NCBI GenBank assembly: GCA_048128005.1
Contig: JBEUKZ010000123.1
Coordinates: forward strand, 1-64,000
Direction: 5' to 3'
DNA: 64,000 nucleotides
Source of the DNA: Veleropilina oligotropha
Lineage: Eukaryota
Under the pieces are notes generated by a model. It worked only from the letters and a program-made list of their open reading frames with translations. It made no database searches and had not been told where the DNA came from. The translations under genes and the position numbers were made by a program. Below, in pieces: positions 26,131 to 40,520 of the stretch; the first letter of the stretch is position 1; each line of letters begins with the position of its first letter.

Positions 26131-26514
26131 AAGAAAGTATTTTTAATGTGAATTAAATATCGTCACTATATTTGAACTAAATTGTACTGGTGTAGATTTA
26201 TTTTTACCTCACAACAACATCTGGTCTATGGAACACCATTCTAAAACTTATAACTTCAATCTCTGTCGCTCTGTCTAATGCGATGGGCGGGATTGTCTCC
26301 CCTAGTCTCTCTAAACGAAGATATTAATTACTGTTTTATTGTTGCATTTTTATACAACCTACCATTTGCTTATTCACATTGCACGGCTCACATTATTGTC
26401 CAAGTGGCTGATCACGTGTTTCCACCAGGTCCTGTCCTGAGTCACCTCCAACATCGGCAGGACGGCTACAACGAGCTGACACGCGATTCGATTCCGTAGC
26501 AATCGTATAGAACT

Positions 26515-28040
26515 TTATTTCGATGATGTTTTACTCACAGGTTTCACGAAATGAGTTGTTGAAGTCCCTTGAAATGTTTGCAGAGCATCCCATACTGCAC
26601 CCACACCTATGTTCTCACACATGGATTTGATATCGCCTTCGTCCATGACAATAACCTCTATGTTCGTGTCAGACGACCATACAGCTAATGCAAAGGAAGT
26701 TGCATTTTCCACAATATACTTCCTTGTCATTGTCATGCGGTGGGAAATCCGTTTCACGTTTCCACCCAGTGCATCGTTCGGGCCCTTTCCGTGGCGTGTT
26801 GCGAAATAGTTCCATTGGATTGTGAGGTTGTGCTTCGCTTGGAGTTGATTCATGAGGACAAATATAAATTTGTTCTTGTACTGGCTTGAGGGGCCATCCG
26901 TCCAAATGTGAACATATTCTACATCAGGGAGTTCTGTCTTAATGATGTCCAGGATCTTTGAGGTAAACGCAGCAACAGCATACTTTTCATGCTGGCGGTA
27001 GTCACTGACGATAACATACGACATTGTTCTTTGGCGGTGGTATACCATGACAGTATATACAGTCACCTGGTTCTGATTCCAGTGAGCCGATTGTATTTCA
27101 TCTTGCCACTTGCAAGTAAAATTTTCTGCGAAATCCATTTCCAGAAGATATGATTTGCTTTCGGATTCCGTTGATCTGGTTTTAGACAGATCGTACGCTT
27201 TTGCCTGTTTCTCTTTGATAAAAGAATGCCAAAAGAACTTTGGTACTTTAGCGTCAGAGCATCTGTTGCAATTGTTCAACATACAAGCTTCATTTTCCAG
27301 ATCACAGACGCTTTTAGCCATGAAGGCATCCCGAGAGTACAAAGGGACAGTTTCAGGGTACCTCCGAAGTATAACGTTATTGTGGTACCGGCATCCACAG
27401 ACATTGTGGGGCATCTGAGAATACAAAAATACCCACTTTGGTCTCAGGGAAAAGAATTTAGATTTTCTGATGTCGACATCAGGATTTTCCTCCTTGAAAC
27501 ATTTGTAAACTTCAGCCAGCGTCATGACTAAATGGCGCCTTTGTTTCTGGATTCTCGTACCGGTAGAATCTGTGATGCTAACGACTTCCGCCTTCCCAGG
27601 GGTCATTCTAGAGATGGAATCATTCTCAAAGTAAACAGTCACCATATTTACGACATCGGTTGGTATCTTATTTTTTGGTGGTGAGATCACATAAGCATCT
27701 AAAATCCCGCAGACAAGCGTTTTAATTACACGTGTACAGGCACGCTTTCTCGGGCTATACGTGGTAGCGCTTTTAATACCGTTGATTTCGCTTTTCCTAG
27801 CGATGCCGGCGTCTTGTATTGATAGTTTCGTCAATGTCGACAGATTCATCAGGGTGACGATGTTTATTGACAGTATATGGAACTCGACGCCGGGGTGAAT
27901 TAAGTTGTTTCTCCGTCATGCCCTTTCTCAATGTCGCTTTCCGCTCTCTATCTAGTCGCTTGTATTCCGCGTATTGCCTTTCGTTAGCTTTCAAACGATC
28001 CCTTCTTTCCCGTTGGCGTTCTGCTGCCGACCTCCCCATG
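26515..28040 (-). pseudogene. Sola-type DDD transposase ORF (frameshift near 27850, apparent in-frame deletions)
   Basis: ORFs 27797-28108 (MGRSAAERQRERR... basic N-terminus) and 26515-27849. The three putative catalytic Asp (DFAEN, TDG, PNDALGG) are retained. Confidence 0.8.
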
Positions 28041-28456
28041 CCTGAAAGATGGTAAATAAAATGATCAGGATTAACAGCAATCACAATAATGGATTGTAAT
28101 TTAAACATGCTTCAAAAGTCCGGTAAGTCCATGATTCATGTGACATTCTGACAACGTAAGCGCTTTGATTTGGAAATATTAGATAGTCAGAGCGACGAAA
28201 TTTGGGTACGTGTAATTCCGTCACATTCGGTTTGTAATTCTGCCACGCAATGTTTCTTGGAATAGTGTTGACATAATACAAATTCCTAAATATTTTTGGA
28301 ATGATATCGAAATTACTGCATATAATTGAAAAAATAATTTTTCTACTTGAATTATGTAAGATAAATTCAAAATAATTTGATAATGAAACGTGACGGAATT
28401 ACAACCATTAAAAATATAACATGCACTTTTCAACATTAATAAGACAAAAGAACACA

Positions 28457-29566
28457 TAATAACGAACGAAGATCGTCCTATAGATTAGGGACATGACCAC
28501 AATATCTACACATACCTGTGCATACCTTGCAACTTGAACCGGATGGTCACGAATTGACCACTGCGGAAAGTCGAGTCAGCCATGTTTCGAATGTTTTGTG
28601 TTCATCACTCGATCTTGTTGATCTTGAGTACCAAAATCTCGCACCATCGAGATATGCAAAACAACGTAATTACGGGACAACGGCCGATTTTAAACTTCAA
28701 ATTATCCAAGTACAATAACATTAATAACGCGACAAATTGATCTTAACCCCTTTCCCCCCGTCTATGCATTTATCTTTTGCTACAAGAATGGCGATGTTTA
28801 TAAAATTGTGACGTCAGAGAAAATGCGTAGCTAAGCAACAATGGGTGACGTCGCGGAATATGTGTGTCAGTTTACACTAGACGTTATGAATAAAAAGACG
28901 CGTTTCACATATTAAGAAGACATCGCAGGGTACGGATTACATAATTTTTATTTGTGCATAATCTCTATTCTGCGTTCGTATCTAGGTGCTACCTGCAACA
29001 TATTAATAACGAACGAAGATCGTCCTATAGATTAATTAAGAACATGACCACAATATCTACACATACCTGTGCATACCTTGCAACTTGAACCGGATGGTCA
29101 CGAATTGACCACTGCGCAAACTCGAGTCAGCCATGTTTTGAATGTTTTGTGTTCATCACTCGATATTGTTTTATTGGAGTACCAAAATTTCGCATCATCG
29201 AGATATGCAAAAAAACGTAATTACGGGACAACGGTTGATTTTAAACTTCAAATTATCCAAGTACAATAACACTAATAACGCGACAAATTGATAATATGAT
29301 ATAAACCCAATACTCTCATCTATGCATATATATCTTTTGCTACAAGATTGGCGTGATGTTTTAAAAAATTGTGACGCTGGAGAAAATGCGTAGCTAAGCA
29401 ATAATGGGTGACGTCGCTGAATATGCGTGTCAGCTTACACTAGACGTCATGAATAAAAGACGCATTTCAAAAATTAAGAAGACATCGCAGGGTACGGATT
29501 TCATAATTTTTGTTTGTGTATAATCTCTATTCTGCGTTCGTAGCTAGGTGCTACCTACAACATATT
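28457..29566. repeat. Head-to-tail tandem duplication of a ~550-bp non-autonomous element (28457-29003, 29004-29566)
   Basis: Two highly similar units from taataacgaacgaagatcgtcctatag to ctaggtgctacctRcaacatatt. Confidence 0.9.
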
Positions 29567-29624
29567 AAGGAAAATACCCTTGTTATTCTAAATATTGTAG
29601 TATTCCTCTTTAAATTGGTACCAA

Positions 29625-29740
29625 ACTTACCTACGTAGCGAGTATCTGCCAGCGGATGAAGACAGATTTCATATCTTGAATTTGAATATCCAGCGACGTT
29701 CATTTCCCGCCGAAAAGTGAAATGGTTGCGCATGCGCACA
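29625..29740 (-). promoter_or_regulatory. Putative promoter and first exon (E2F, CHR-like, NRF1 motifs; donor at 29630)
   Basis: Perfect NRF1 TGCGCATGCGCA 29727-29738; E2F TTTCCCGC 29703-29710; CTTGAA/TTTGAA 29675-29686; consensus donor AG|GTAAGT on the minus strand. Confidence 0.55.
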
Positions 29741-32700
29741 TCTATGGTTGACACTAAATACTTTATTTTCGTATTAAAATTGGACGGAATTGTAAATGGT
29801 AAAAACATAATTCATCTGCCGATGGCATAATATAAATTTAAAATATCGCTTTTATGTCGCGATTCGCTTGGAATTCATGATATGTTCTATAGCTGAAAGT
29901 TTTCAATATCTAGTTACTTTGTGGTTTACTTTCGAACTTTGGGCATGCTAAACGCACCGCGGTTCTCGTCAGAGTGTCACTTGGAGCCCGATCGGTGTTT
30001 GGATAGGTGCTGCCGGATAGAATGTTCAACCTGAGGAAAGTACGAACTGACCGAAAAATTGTTATTCATTCGAACGTGGGGTCCATTGACATGGGATCTT
30101 CATTAGGCTAAGTACGACATGGTCTTTTGACCTGACGATCCGTGTCTTTTTCTCTACTAGCGTTGCGCATTGTCGATACGTTCGAGGACCGGCGATGCAG
30201 TGAAACAAAATGATACTGTGGAATTAAATGTTCACATAACAATGATTATGTGATTATAGTATACGCAATGAAATGATGCGACGTTGTAGTATGAGATGTC
30301 GGGCAGGCATCATCATCACTATTCAATAACAACTTCAAGACGTCAAGTGATGAAGAGGTCAATAGGTCCATCTTCAAATTCGGGATGATTATCGGAAAGA
30401 CGGAGTTGTTATGTGGAATTCTAAATGATGTTGTGTGGCATTGTCGTTGCCATGTAATCGACATCCTAGCAGACGTTTGCTTCTCCGTTGTGTGAAATTT
30501 ACTACTTTTCTCTGGTGTAATTGACATAGAAGTTATTATTTGTTTTTATATTAAAATTGTTATAGCTACTTTTCAGAATGCGAGACATTTTGGTATAGAA
30601 TCTCCATTAATTTTGTTGCATCGATATTACTTCTTTTGAAGATTTGTCTAATTTTTGCAGTGTGTTCAGCAAGCATGTAAACAATATTGACCTTTCCATA
30701 ACGTAATGGAATGTAAAATGTAAAAAGAAAATCCATTTGCAATATATCGTGGCTGAGCTGAGCACTGAAACCTGAAAAGTCAGTGGTTTGACCCCAGTCG
30801 CGGCTATAAAGAGGAATAAACACATGTGTCATGTTCCTGAATTCGCTCGGCTGATCTTAATGGATTATGGCAACGTCATAAATTGTCAATGTGCTAGTCA
30901 TAGCCTCACGCAATTGTCCTTAAAATAACCTGTTTTACAATGCAATCACGTATATATATATAGATAAAATAGTTGATGTTACTGATAGGCAAATACAACG
31001 TTATTCCATTATAATTGGATTACGTATCATACCACAACTTTTATCCGTGTAGCACTCAAAATTATTTCTTCATACTAACAGGTACGTCTGCAAGTCAACG
31101 ACTGACTATATGTGGGTGTCTTTTTAAAATATATATAGTCGATTGTGCCGCGACGAGACACAATAAAATATGATAAGGGTACGGTTGGTTTACAATGTCA
31201 CCCTATTTGTCAACAAAAGAACTTGAGTTACTACTTTCTGATGACACACTAAATTAATTCAACGAGTTTTATTAGCATATAGACCTTTAGGGTGTTAATA
31301 TTATATATAGATAATTCAAAATCGTCATACAATTTATGATCAATGACTAACTGCTATTCGTTTAATAATTTAAAAATCGCCATATAAGAAAATACATGTT
31401 TAAGCAGGACGTCTCGCTAAAATTATACATCAAGAAGTGAGTAACTAAATATATTAAAATTGTCCAAAATTAATATATACATGAGTATATCACTTACTTG
31501 ACATAAATGTAGCGTACATAATAAATTAAGTGCATTCAATGATTGTAGAAATATTCCATTACAAGGTCGCGGCAAGATTGCGGTTGTGCATTTGTTGTGA
31601 AATGTACCTTCACGAACCGTACGTCGGCTAACACACTTACTTCTTGTAGGTGAAGTTCAATCTGCCCGAAGTTATACCAAGGTATCGACGAAAGGTAGTA
31701 CGAGAAGAAAGATTTCGAAAAAGATGGGTCTATGCATTCTGGATTTGTAATGGTTGAATGTAGGCCTAGTAGGCTTTCAGTGCAAAAAGAAGATGATGGT
31801 ACAGTGGTTTAGCATCACGTCATTTCACGTTGCGGTCTTGAATCTTTATCAATGCCTGTTGTCATAGTTATCCGTGATTTAAATGGTGAAAATATATTGC
31901 CTGATTGTCAGCACTGTGCATATTAATTTTCAGGTAAATGATTTCGTTCTCGCGATTAATCCGCCGCAAAAACTACGACGTCACTCGAGGTTTCCGATGT
32001 GCCAGAATCCACACAATACTGATAACATTTTTATCATATGCCACAACAAGTTTCTTATTAAATTGAATCGAAAGATTATGGTAATCTTAGTCACGAATCT
32101 GTAAGGGAGGTTGAAATAGTACAGGACTATATTGGAAGTAGTTCCTACGATTTGTCAGTCATTTTGAATATTTGTCAGCCGTTTTCCTGTGAATATATAA
32201 GTAGGAGACGTTTTCTGAATCGATATCAGCTGTGTCCGTGTTACAGGGTCTCGGAAAACTGCGCGAGAATATGCGTCAGAAAACGACTGGATTATAATAA
32301 ATACAAATATCAGAATACGTGCATCAGAGATTGAATTATGGATACACTACTTTGTGGTTGCGGATAATGGTTGAGTGCTGCTGTCCTTAACGATTCTGTA
32401 ATCATCTCAATACATACATCTTCGTAAAATCACTAGTCGTGGACCAAGATAGTATTAGAATACTATATTTCACGTTTTTCCTTTGCGAGAGTTGTGTAAC
32501 ATTGACTTTTGCTATTGTATCCCTCCCTCTCTTATACATTGTCAGATTATATGTTTTCTTCAAATAGTTGATGGTAAGGGTCAAATCATCTATACTTTTG
32601 TACAATTAATCTTTAGCTGCATTGATATATCTCATAATCATTCAATACAGAGAATATGCATTAATTTAAGTAAGTTTTCATGTATACTACTATATAAATT

Positions 32701-32855
32701 GACATCAGTTAGAATGAGGTGTCCATCTCATTTCGCGTCGCACAGAGACTTATTCAGACAAAAATTGCATGGCTCATTATCTGTGTGGTGAGAGCCTTTG
32801 ACACAAAACACATCGAAGGTTCTATTAAATTATTAGCGTTTTTTCCTACTATAAT

Positions 32856-33350
<495 letters not shown>

Positions 33351-33959
33351 TCAATTTTGTGTCGACAGAGCAACATTATGTATGTGCCGAAAGTGCGTCG
33401 AAATTTCAATAGTTACGTTTAATTTGTCATTCAAACACCGAAAATAGACATTGAATTATGTAGTATTATTTAACATATATATATGCGTTTAGAATGGCGA
33501 ACGCAAGATAAACACATTGTCAAGGAATGCCGAACAATAATCGCGATATAGTTATTCATAATGGCGTATTTGCCTAATTAGTGACATTCGTCGACTCGTG
33601 AATATAATACATGTGCATAGTACATTAAAATGGCCTTTTCTTATGGCAAGTGTACTGGGTTCAAATTTTAGTACAAATTTATCACATATTATAATGGACG
33701 GGACTAATCCGTTGTATAATCGGAGGTACCTCACCTTTGAATTGATAGGTGCATGCATTTTAAAGTTCGTCCAGTGGACTGGGGTATCTTGGCTTCACTT
33801 TGGTAGACGGCGTCGATGCTTTCCATTAAATTTAGGAATCAACCAAGAGCAGATTTTTAAATCAAATTTCGTTGCAAACGGTGAAAAGCATGCAGATCTT
33901 TTCTAAATATGGACATGTTAGCACATTGTACAGCCTGCGATGGTATATGCAAAATCTAT

Positions 33960-34260
33960 TTTTTCCTCCAAAGCAATATGACTTGCTCAAGGAGATACGG
34001 ATTATCCAATTTTCCTTTTTCTACACTTGTAAAGAAACCCTCTGGATGAAATGTATAATTATTCTCCATCAAGGTCTCTGTGGGTCCAAACGTCATCTCT
34101 TGTATTATGTCAATTATTATGTGTATCAGTTGGCGTCGACCAGATCTACTCTATTAGCGGCTGTGGCTCCTTTAGTCCTGACGGATATGCTCCGTATATA
34201 TAGTATCTTCTGCTTCACCACATGAGCAAAGTGTTGAAGGCACAAGGTGAAAGCGTCTGT
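33960..34260 (+). mobile_element. Degenerate L2-type LINE 3' fragment
   Basis: YNYSPSRSL...DQIYSISGCGSF/LAAVAPL resembles the L2 motif Y.PSRSLRS...GDRSFSVAAP. Confidence 0.35.
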
Positions 34261-37200
34261 ACATATGTTGGAAATAAGAATAAATTTATCATCTTACGAA
34301 CCATTACTACCCTCTCGGTAACTCATCTCCAAAAACAGTAACATTTGCTGAAAACGAACTACTCACGACCACCTTCTGTCAATGCAAAGAGACCTAACGA
34401 AGGATCAGACCCCGTTCATTCAAAATCCCTCAACTTTAGTATTTAACTCCCACTATATTTCCTCAAAATACATGACGGCATATCCGCAGAAACCAATGTT
34501 GTCGTATGCATTGTTCAGTAGCACTAATATTTCAGAGAATTACATCTTCTCTAACTATCACGATAACTCGAGCTACGTCACCATAACCATCTCTATACAT
34601 TAAGCAACGACAACCATTCGACGAAAGTCGATCCAGTGGTGCTGAAAACAACATTATTACTGTATCCAACATTATTATTACCTCTAAATTACGAACTTCA
34701 ACATTTTGACAGCCTCCAAATTTATATATCAATTAGAAATAGACGAACAAAATTAATGTACGCCACCGGGCAGACCGATTCTGTCAGTCTCTAGCTCATA
34801 ATGACCACATTCGTAAGGTGGGAAAAGTCTTTGCATTCGGACACTCATGACATGATTTACTTTTCGGACTGCGCAGAGAACATATCCAGATGCGAATATT
34901 AATGTATAACAGGAAAAATGTTGACGTTGATAAAAGACTTTAAAGCAAAGACGCAAATTGCAACCAACCAAGCTTGCATATCACTGTCAGTTATATCCAG
35001 CATAAAGAAATCAGTAGCTTTGTAATTAATATAAATCATCATTTTTGTGCCAGTTCGTTTGCTAATCTAAAATGCACCCACCATCCATGCATGCCCACAC
35101 ACATGCGTACATATCATGGTCATGCTATCTGAACAATAGGAGTCATGGTGTCAGTTACTCCATTGTTCCAGATAATTGCCCAAACAATAGGATTAACTTT
35201 GGTAGCCCACAGTAGTTGATATTAACAAAGGTTTTGACAAGGTGTCACACTCATTCGAATGGAAGAGTCCACTGTTTCATATCGCGTTCATATATAGGGT
35301 GATATCATGGGCGATTACATGTTTTAAGGGGTTACAATTGCAATATATACAATAGATTATCATGGTATGCATGACAGATAATACACAACAACCCTCGGCG
35401 ATATCCACATAACGTATCTCGCTGTCGCTCTAGGCTTTATGGCTGATATCGTTCAATGTGGCAGTGTATTATCTATTACATATTATATGCCTGCATACAT
35501 ACATATACATAAATAGGGTAGCGTGTTATACGTATCTTTCCCACCACGTCTTCTCTATAATAATGGGTATCATTCAATGCAATACCGATCTAACATGATT
35601 GGACCACACACAAGTATTTACTTTGTGGTCTGACGGACCATCAGATGAATGAAACGGATTGGTACACAATATTAAGCACTACAAATTGTCGCACTATTAT
35701 ATTTCAACACAACTAACACATAATGCTGTCGTCTGCAATTATGCATTGTTGTGGTCGTCAAACTTACTTCGTTGTAATTGCAGTCTACAATAAAAGTAGT
35801 GCGGGGTATTGCGTGACCTCTGGGTGATTCACTCCTAATTTGATGTACTTATTCCACTTAAGTCGACTTCCCGTATACATGTATACGCTTCAAAGAACCG
35901 ATATAAGAATGTTCTTAACATGACATGTAACGACAGCTGCTCCATTGAGCGGCGATGCGTGCATACAAGTACATTTATTGGGCTCACATTGTACTTTATT
36001 GGAAAAGATTTGTAAAAAATAAAAATTGTAATAAATCACAATTCCATGCAAGCGTTCAGATTCTCTGATGGTAGATTCACGAATAAGCATGAGCATACAA
36101 CAATCTATAGGCAAACATTTTCCTCGTTTACACTATTTATTTATTCATTGGAAAATTTCATACTACTTTTGTACAGATAATTATTTGAGGCTGCCGTATG
36201 ATATAACTCAACTGATTAAACGATGGTTGATGGCGATGCAATATTTTCGTGCTTAATACTGGTATACGTATCTATATATTTTTTCTTTTCAACAAAACAT
36301 TGTAATTGTTCTTTTTGCAAATTTGTTAACTTTTTTGTCAAGTTTTTGCAATATTTTTATATTCAGCGTTACTTATATATATGGTGAATTGATAATGGGA
36401 CATAAGTACCCAAAAGCTTCCCTTGAATATACTTTCCATTCGAAGGAATTACTCAAGTGAAAGCGAGAGGAAATTGTGTGTAAAGAATAAACTAAATATT
36501 TTATATTATTAAAATGAATTACACTATTTATTTATTATACCTATCAAATCGCTAATACTCAAATATTGTATAGTGATAATAGTGATAGCCTATATATATA
36601 CATTGATAGTGATGTCGGTATTTTCAAGCTACGCCTATACTGTAATTAGTGATAACTGAAATATATTCTGATGATGCTTAACACAGTCATTTAAAATTTT
36701 GCTAGAACATTGGCAACACCCTTCTTGGCTAGAAAAATACATCGGAAATTACGTCATCGAAGACAGGCATCACCCACGCACCTGTTTCTTATTATAACGT
36801 TATAAATACTTGTTGGGCCCATTCAGCGGAAACGTTCTAAGCCCAACTTCCTCGTTATATCAGCAATGATGGGCAATCGGATATAACGCGTTGCAAGAAG
36901 TCTTGGTTGATGAGACATACACATCCGCTCAATGAGAATGAAGATTTTGTATTGGTGGGCTTGAAATACCAAACCAACAATACTTCCGTTGTAATCTGGT
37001 CTATTTGTCATTCTTTTGCAATGTATACGATTTTGCAATAGTGATGATAATTGAAGTAGTTCAAATTTAAAATAAAACACATTATTGTTATAAATTTCAC
37101 AGTATTGTAATTAGCCCAAATTAAACAATGTCATATGTATAGTAGGCCTAGGCCTAATAGTTGAAAAGCGTTGTTTTTTTTCGAAAGATATATAACATCT

Positions 37201-37467
37201 AATGCTGACATCAATATATAAAGGCCAAATGATTCTCAAAAGTATCAGCAAACAGGCCATACACGTCATCGCATGTTGCTAATATACATATACTTTTAAC
37301 AAGGTTGTTACACCCAATTAATGAATAGTATTAATTTACTTATACATAATATATTATATATTTTGACTACACTTTAGTCTCTCCGATCTGCAATCGCAAT
37401 CCGTGTGACCCGTATAGATGCCAAATTTGACATGACAACCTCTTACGTTAAAGAAAGGAAATAAAAA

Positions 37468-37728
37468 GATCGATGCTTAATATCCTGTATATTTCCAACC
37501 ATCATTTGGTTCAAATCAGAACATGTCCATATTATCGCGTGAGGAAAGCCCGGTCGCCCCAGGAAACCCGCCCCTCCGACCAGTTACGGACAACAGTGAT
37601 TCATAACTTGTGCAAATGTGTTATGTCCCTGTCGAGGTGTTGAACCCACTACTGATCGCGTCAGTGAAATCAAGCCTGTGATTTTTCGGAGTCCACAACC
37701 GAAACCACACGACTGTCGAAGCGGTCTC
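37468..37728 (-). mobile_element. SINE family A copy
   Basis: Reverse complement of ccgcttcgacagtcgtgtggtttcggttg...gatattaagcatc. Confidence 0.75.
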
Positions 37729-39284
37729 AAAAGAAAGCGGTCTCAAAATGTAGAAAAACATTTGCAAAATTGGAAATAACTCACTGTATAACGCCGGATA
37801 TGGGTTAAACATATTTATAATAAGTTGAAATTCAAGATAAAGAAGTATTATACCTAGAATTATATGCAATCACGGGAAAATAAGCGTAATAATGGGACAG
37901 ATGGACAAACATCGGGATCTCATCTCAACAAGAAAGTCATGTAACCCGGCCAAAACCGGTTCATATGCTACTATACTGCCAGTCTGGCATTATAACGTCC
38001 AATATGAATGCAAACCATACAACATCATGCACATTTAATTATGAATTTGTTCACGTTTTTAGTATTAATTTATGGGCATTGTACTAAATGGGACCATGCA
38101 GCGATCGTTCATGTATCAGAAACCGTGTGAAGGTTCAATAAACTTGAGTCCGAAGCGACGTTTGGGTAAATAAACATAATCACCGGTGGGCGGACGGTTT
38201 TGTTTATTGTCTAAACACTTGTCCGACAATATTAACCGACTGCCATAGTGTGAGTGGTCAACGCAAACCGGGCCACCGCTGTAGGTATTTTTTTATTCCG
38301 TCGGCATAGTTCAAGATAAGTGGATGGTCACAAAAGAAGACCTCAATTTACGTGTAGCGTATACTGGCTTTTTACCTGAGGTGGACAAATCATATACATG
38401 TAAAGATGTCAAGTGCAACGGATCGTGTGACACCACTATAGAAAAAAATTGTGTACATAATGTTGTTGGTAATTGTCCATCACCGTTGATGCTGTTATGG
38501 TTATGATCAGATTCATTACAAGAGAAAAATATCGCAGGGCTAAACTGACCTCAAAACATGTAATTTATGAACAACTTACTTGCTATGAAGCAATAACTTA
38601 ACTGTATTTAAAGTAACAATGTAAGTATGTGTTTTGCAAAAGCAGATTACATCGATTGTGACTCGGCACCTTTGCAAAACAGATGCTTACCATATTAGAT
38701 GGCAACATACGTAATATATATAGTAGTGAGTCACAGCAATTATTTCAATTTTTTTAATTATTTCAATTTTTGAAAGAGCTTCACGTTCTAAACTTGGAAA
38801 AGGAATAGTTTTTAATATGGAAGAACATCTAAATTATGAAAGGAAAAAGTTTGTTAAAGTTAACAAGTTAAATAGTCTTTAAGGTAGATACTTAACACGA
38901 TGTTGCGATTCATGCTCAGAGAAACTACAATCTAGTAAGCTACGTGTAGTATTAGTCAGTTCGCTTAGCGTCAAATATATGCGGTATCGTTACAGAGATG
39001 ACAAAAGTATGAAAATTGGTATGTGGTATCTCAAGATCATATCTAAACATTTTATCCCCGGATCCAGCTTTAAAATATATTTTTCTTGAAATATGATCAA
39101 AATTCAAATGAAAGCCATAAATGTAAAATAGCTTATTAATTTGTCATTTCCTATAAATTAGGCTATGTGTCATTGTGAAAACAAATTCCAGACATTGTTA
39201 AATGTCCATTTAATGTTGTATCAATCAGTAAGGTAGATGCAACCTCTGTTTTTGTATCCTTTCTTGAAAATATTCAGGCCGCAC

Positions 39285-39500
39285 TGGTAGCCGAGTGGAT
39301 AATAGTGCGTATTCTGTTTGTCTAGTTACGATGAGGGCTGGCTTTCATCTCGTGATAATATTGACATGTTCTGATATAAAACTGAAAAGTCAGGAAATTG
39401 AAAGGGGGTCGAAATTGATTACTAGTATCAATATACAGTACTACGAACTGTCTACGCGGAGAGCGAGACCCACGCGAGGGAAAATTTGGACTATTAATGG
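39285..39500 (+). mobile_element. Degenerate tRNA-type SINE
   Basis: ggccgcactggtagccgagtggataatag A-box head. Confidence 0.35.
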
Positions 39501-40364
39501 TGTGAAACCTCATTTCCTGCAGTCTGAGAGTGCAAATGCGGTGTATTTTACTAACATTTACGAACCGTTTTCACCACTTTGTATGAGTAAAAGGTCGCTA
39601 TTTGAAATATTATAGTAAATATATTTATAAAAAATTCGTTTTGTCAAGGCAGCGGGTACGACACCCCCCCCCCCCCCCCTCCCCTCTCTGGCTACGTCCA
39701 TGTAACTATAAACGGAACAATGGAGCATAAAACCGACCCAATCCAACCCTTAGCAATCAATATTCACCATTTATCTCACCGCGGCAGCCATTGTCATTTT
39801 ATTAAAATAAAGTTTGAAAATATTTAGCAAGGAATAGCTAGTATGGTACAAAGCATATCACATGAAATTCAGCCAAAATAATTGACAGAAACACCTCTAA
39901 GAAGTGTGGCGGACAGGAAAGCACCAATCAAAAGATTGTAATAAATGTAATTTCTGAAACATAGAGGAGGAAGGTGAAGCGTCAATGATAAATTTCACAT
40001 CACGAAAAGTAGATTACAACATCAGAATGGCGATCACCGTGCTTTAAGAAAATACCATACAAGCCAGAATATCTGGTTATTGGGACCAAATATCACTTCA
40101 AGTGTTTACCAGTTTCGAAACAAATATCTAAAACATTAGAGAAACTGAATTATTCCAAACTTGCTCTCACATGTAAGTTTATGACTGAATTCAAGATATT
40201 TGTACACCTGGTACAATATGTAGAGGTGAGAGTAGATGGCCACGAAACCATATTTAAGCTAGCAGACTTAGACTCCCTGTTTGTATAAATTAACATTAGA
40301 ATGACTGGGTTGGTTCATTGACAATATTTTAGATTTAATGCAGTCGGGATACCGGGTTTAAGAT

Positions 40365-40520
40365 CTAACTCCAATATATGACAGACATACAATAGGGATA
40401 TGCAATCCCTATTATAAGCGGTAGAATAAGCCACCGATTGGGCTCGAACCCGGGCCCTCCTGGTTGTCTTAGTCGAGTAACTGACGATATGCGCTCACCC
40501 GCCGAAGCTGTTAGAGAAGG
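40365..40520 (-). mobile_element. Degenerate tRNA-type SINE
   Basis: Minus-strand B box ccgggttcgagccc. Confidence 0.35.

Larger units (their letters stand above)
24390..28410 (-). mobile_element. Sola2-like DNA transposon (degenerate) with sub-terminal GTGACGGAATTAC repeats and a downstream PHD finger
   Basis: Transposase motifs MDFAENF, QDEIQSAHW, WTDGPSSQYKN, WNYFATRHGKGPNDALGG; repeats at 24400-24770 and 28205-28410, partly inverted. Confidence 0.75.

Noticed and set aside
28518..29269. Duplicated 66-aa ORFs as a small gene pair
   Set aside because: GTG starts inside a tandemly duplicated non-coding element; no splice or domain support.
38324..38506. Cys-rich 60-aa ORF
   Set aside because: No recognisable spacing or exon context; possibly a transposon remnant, but unsupported.
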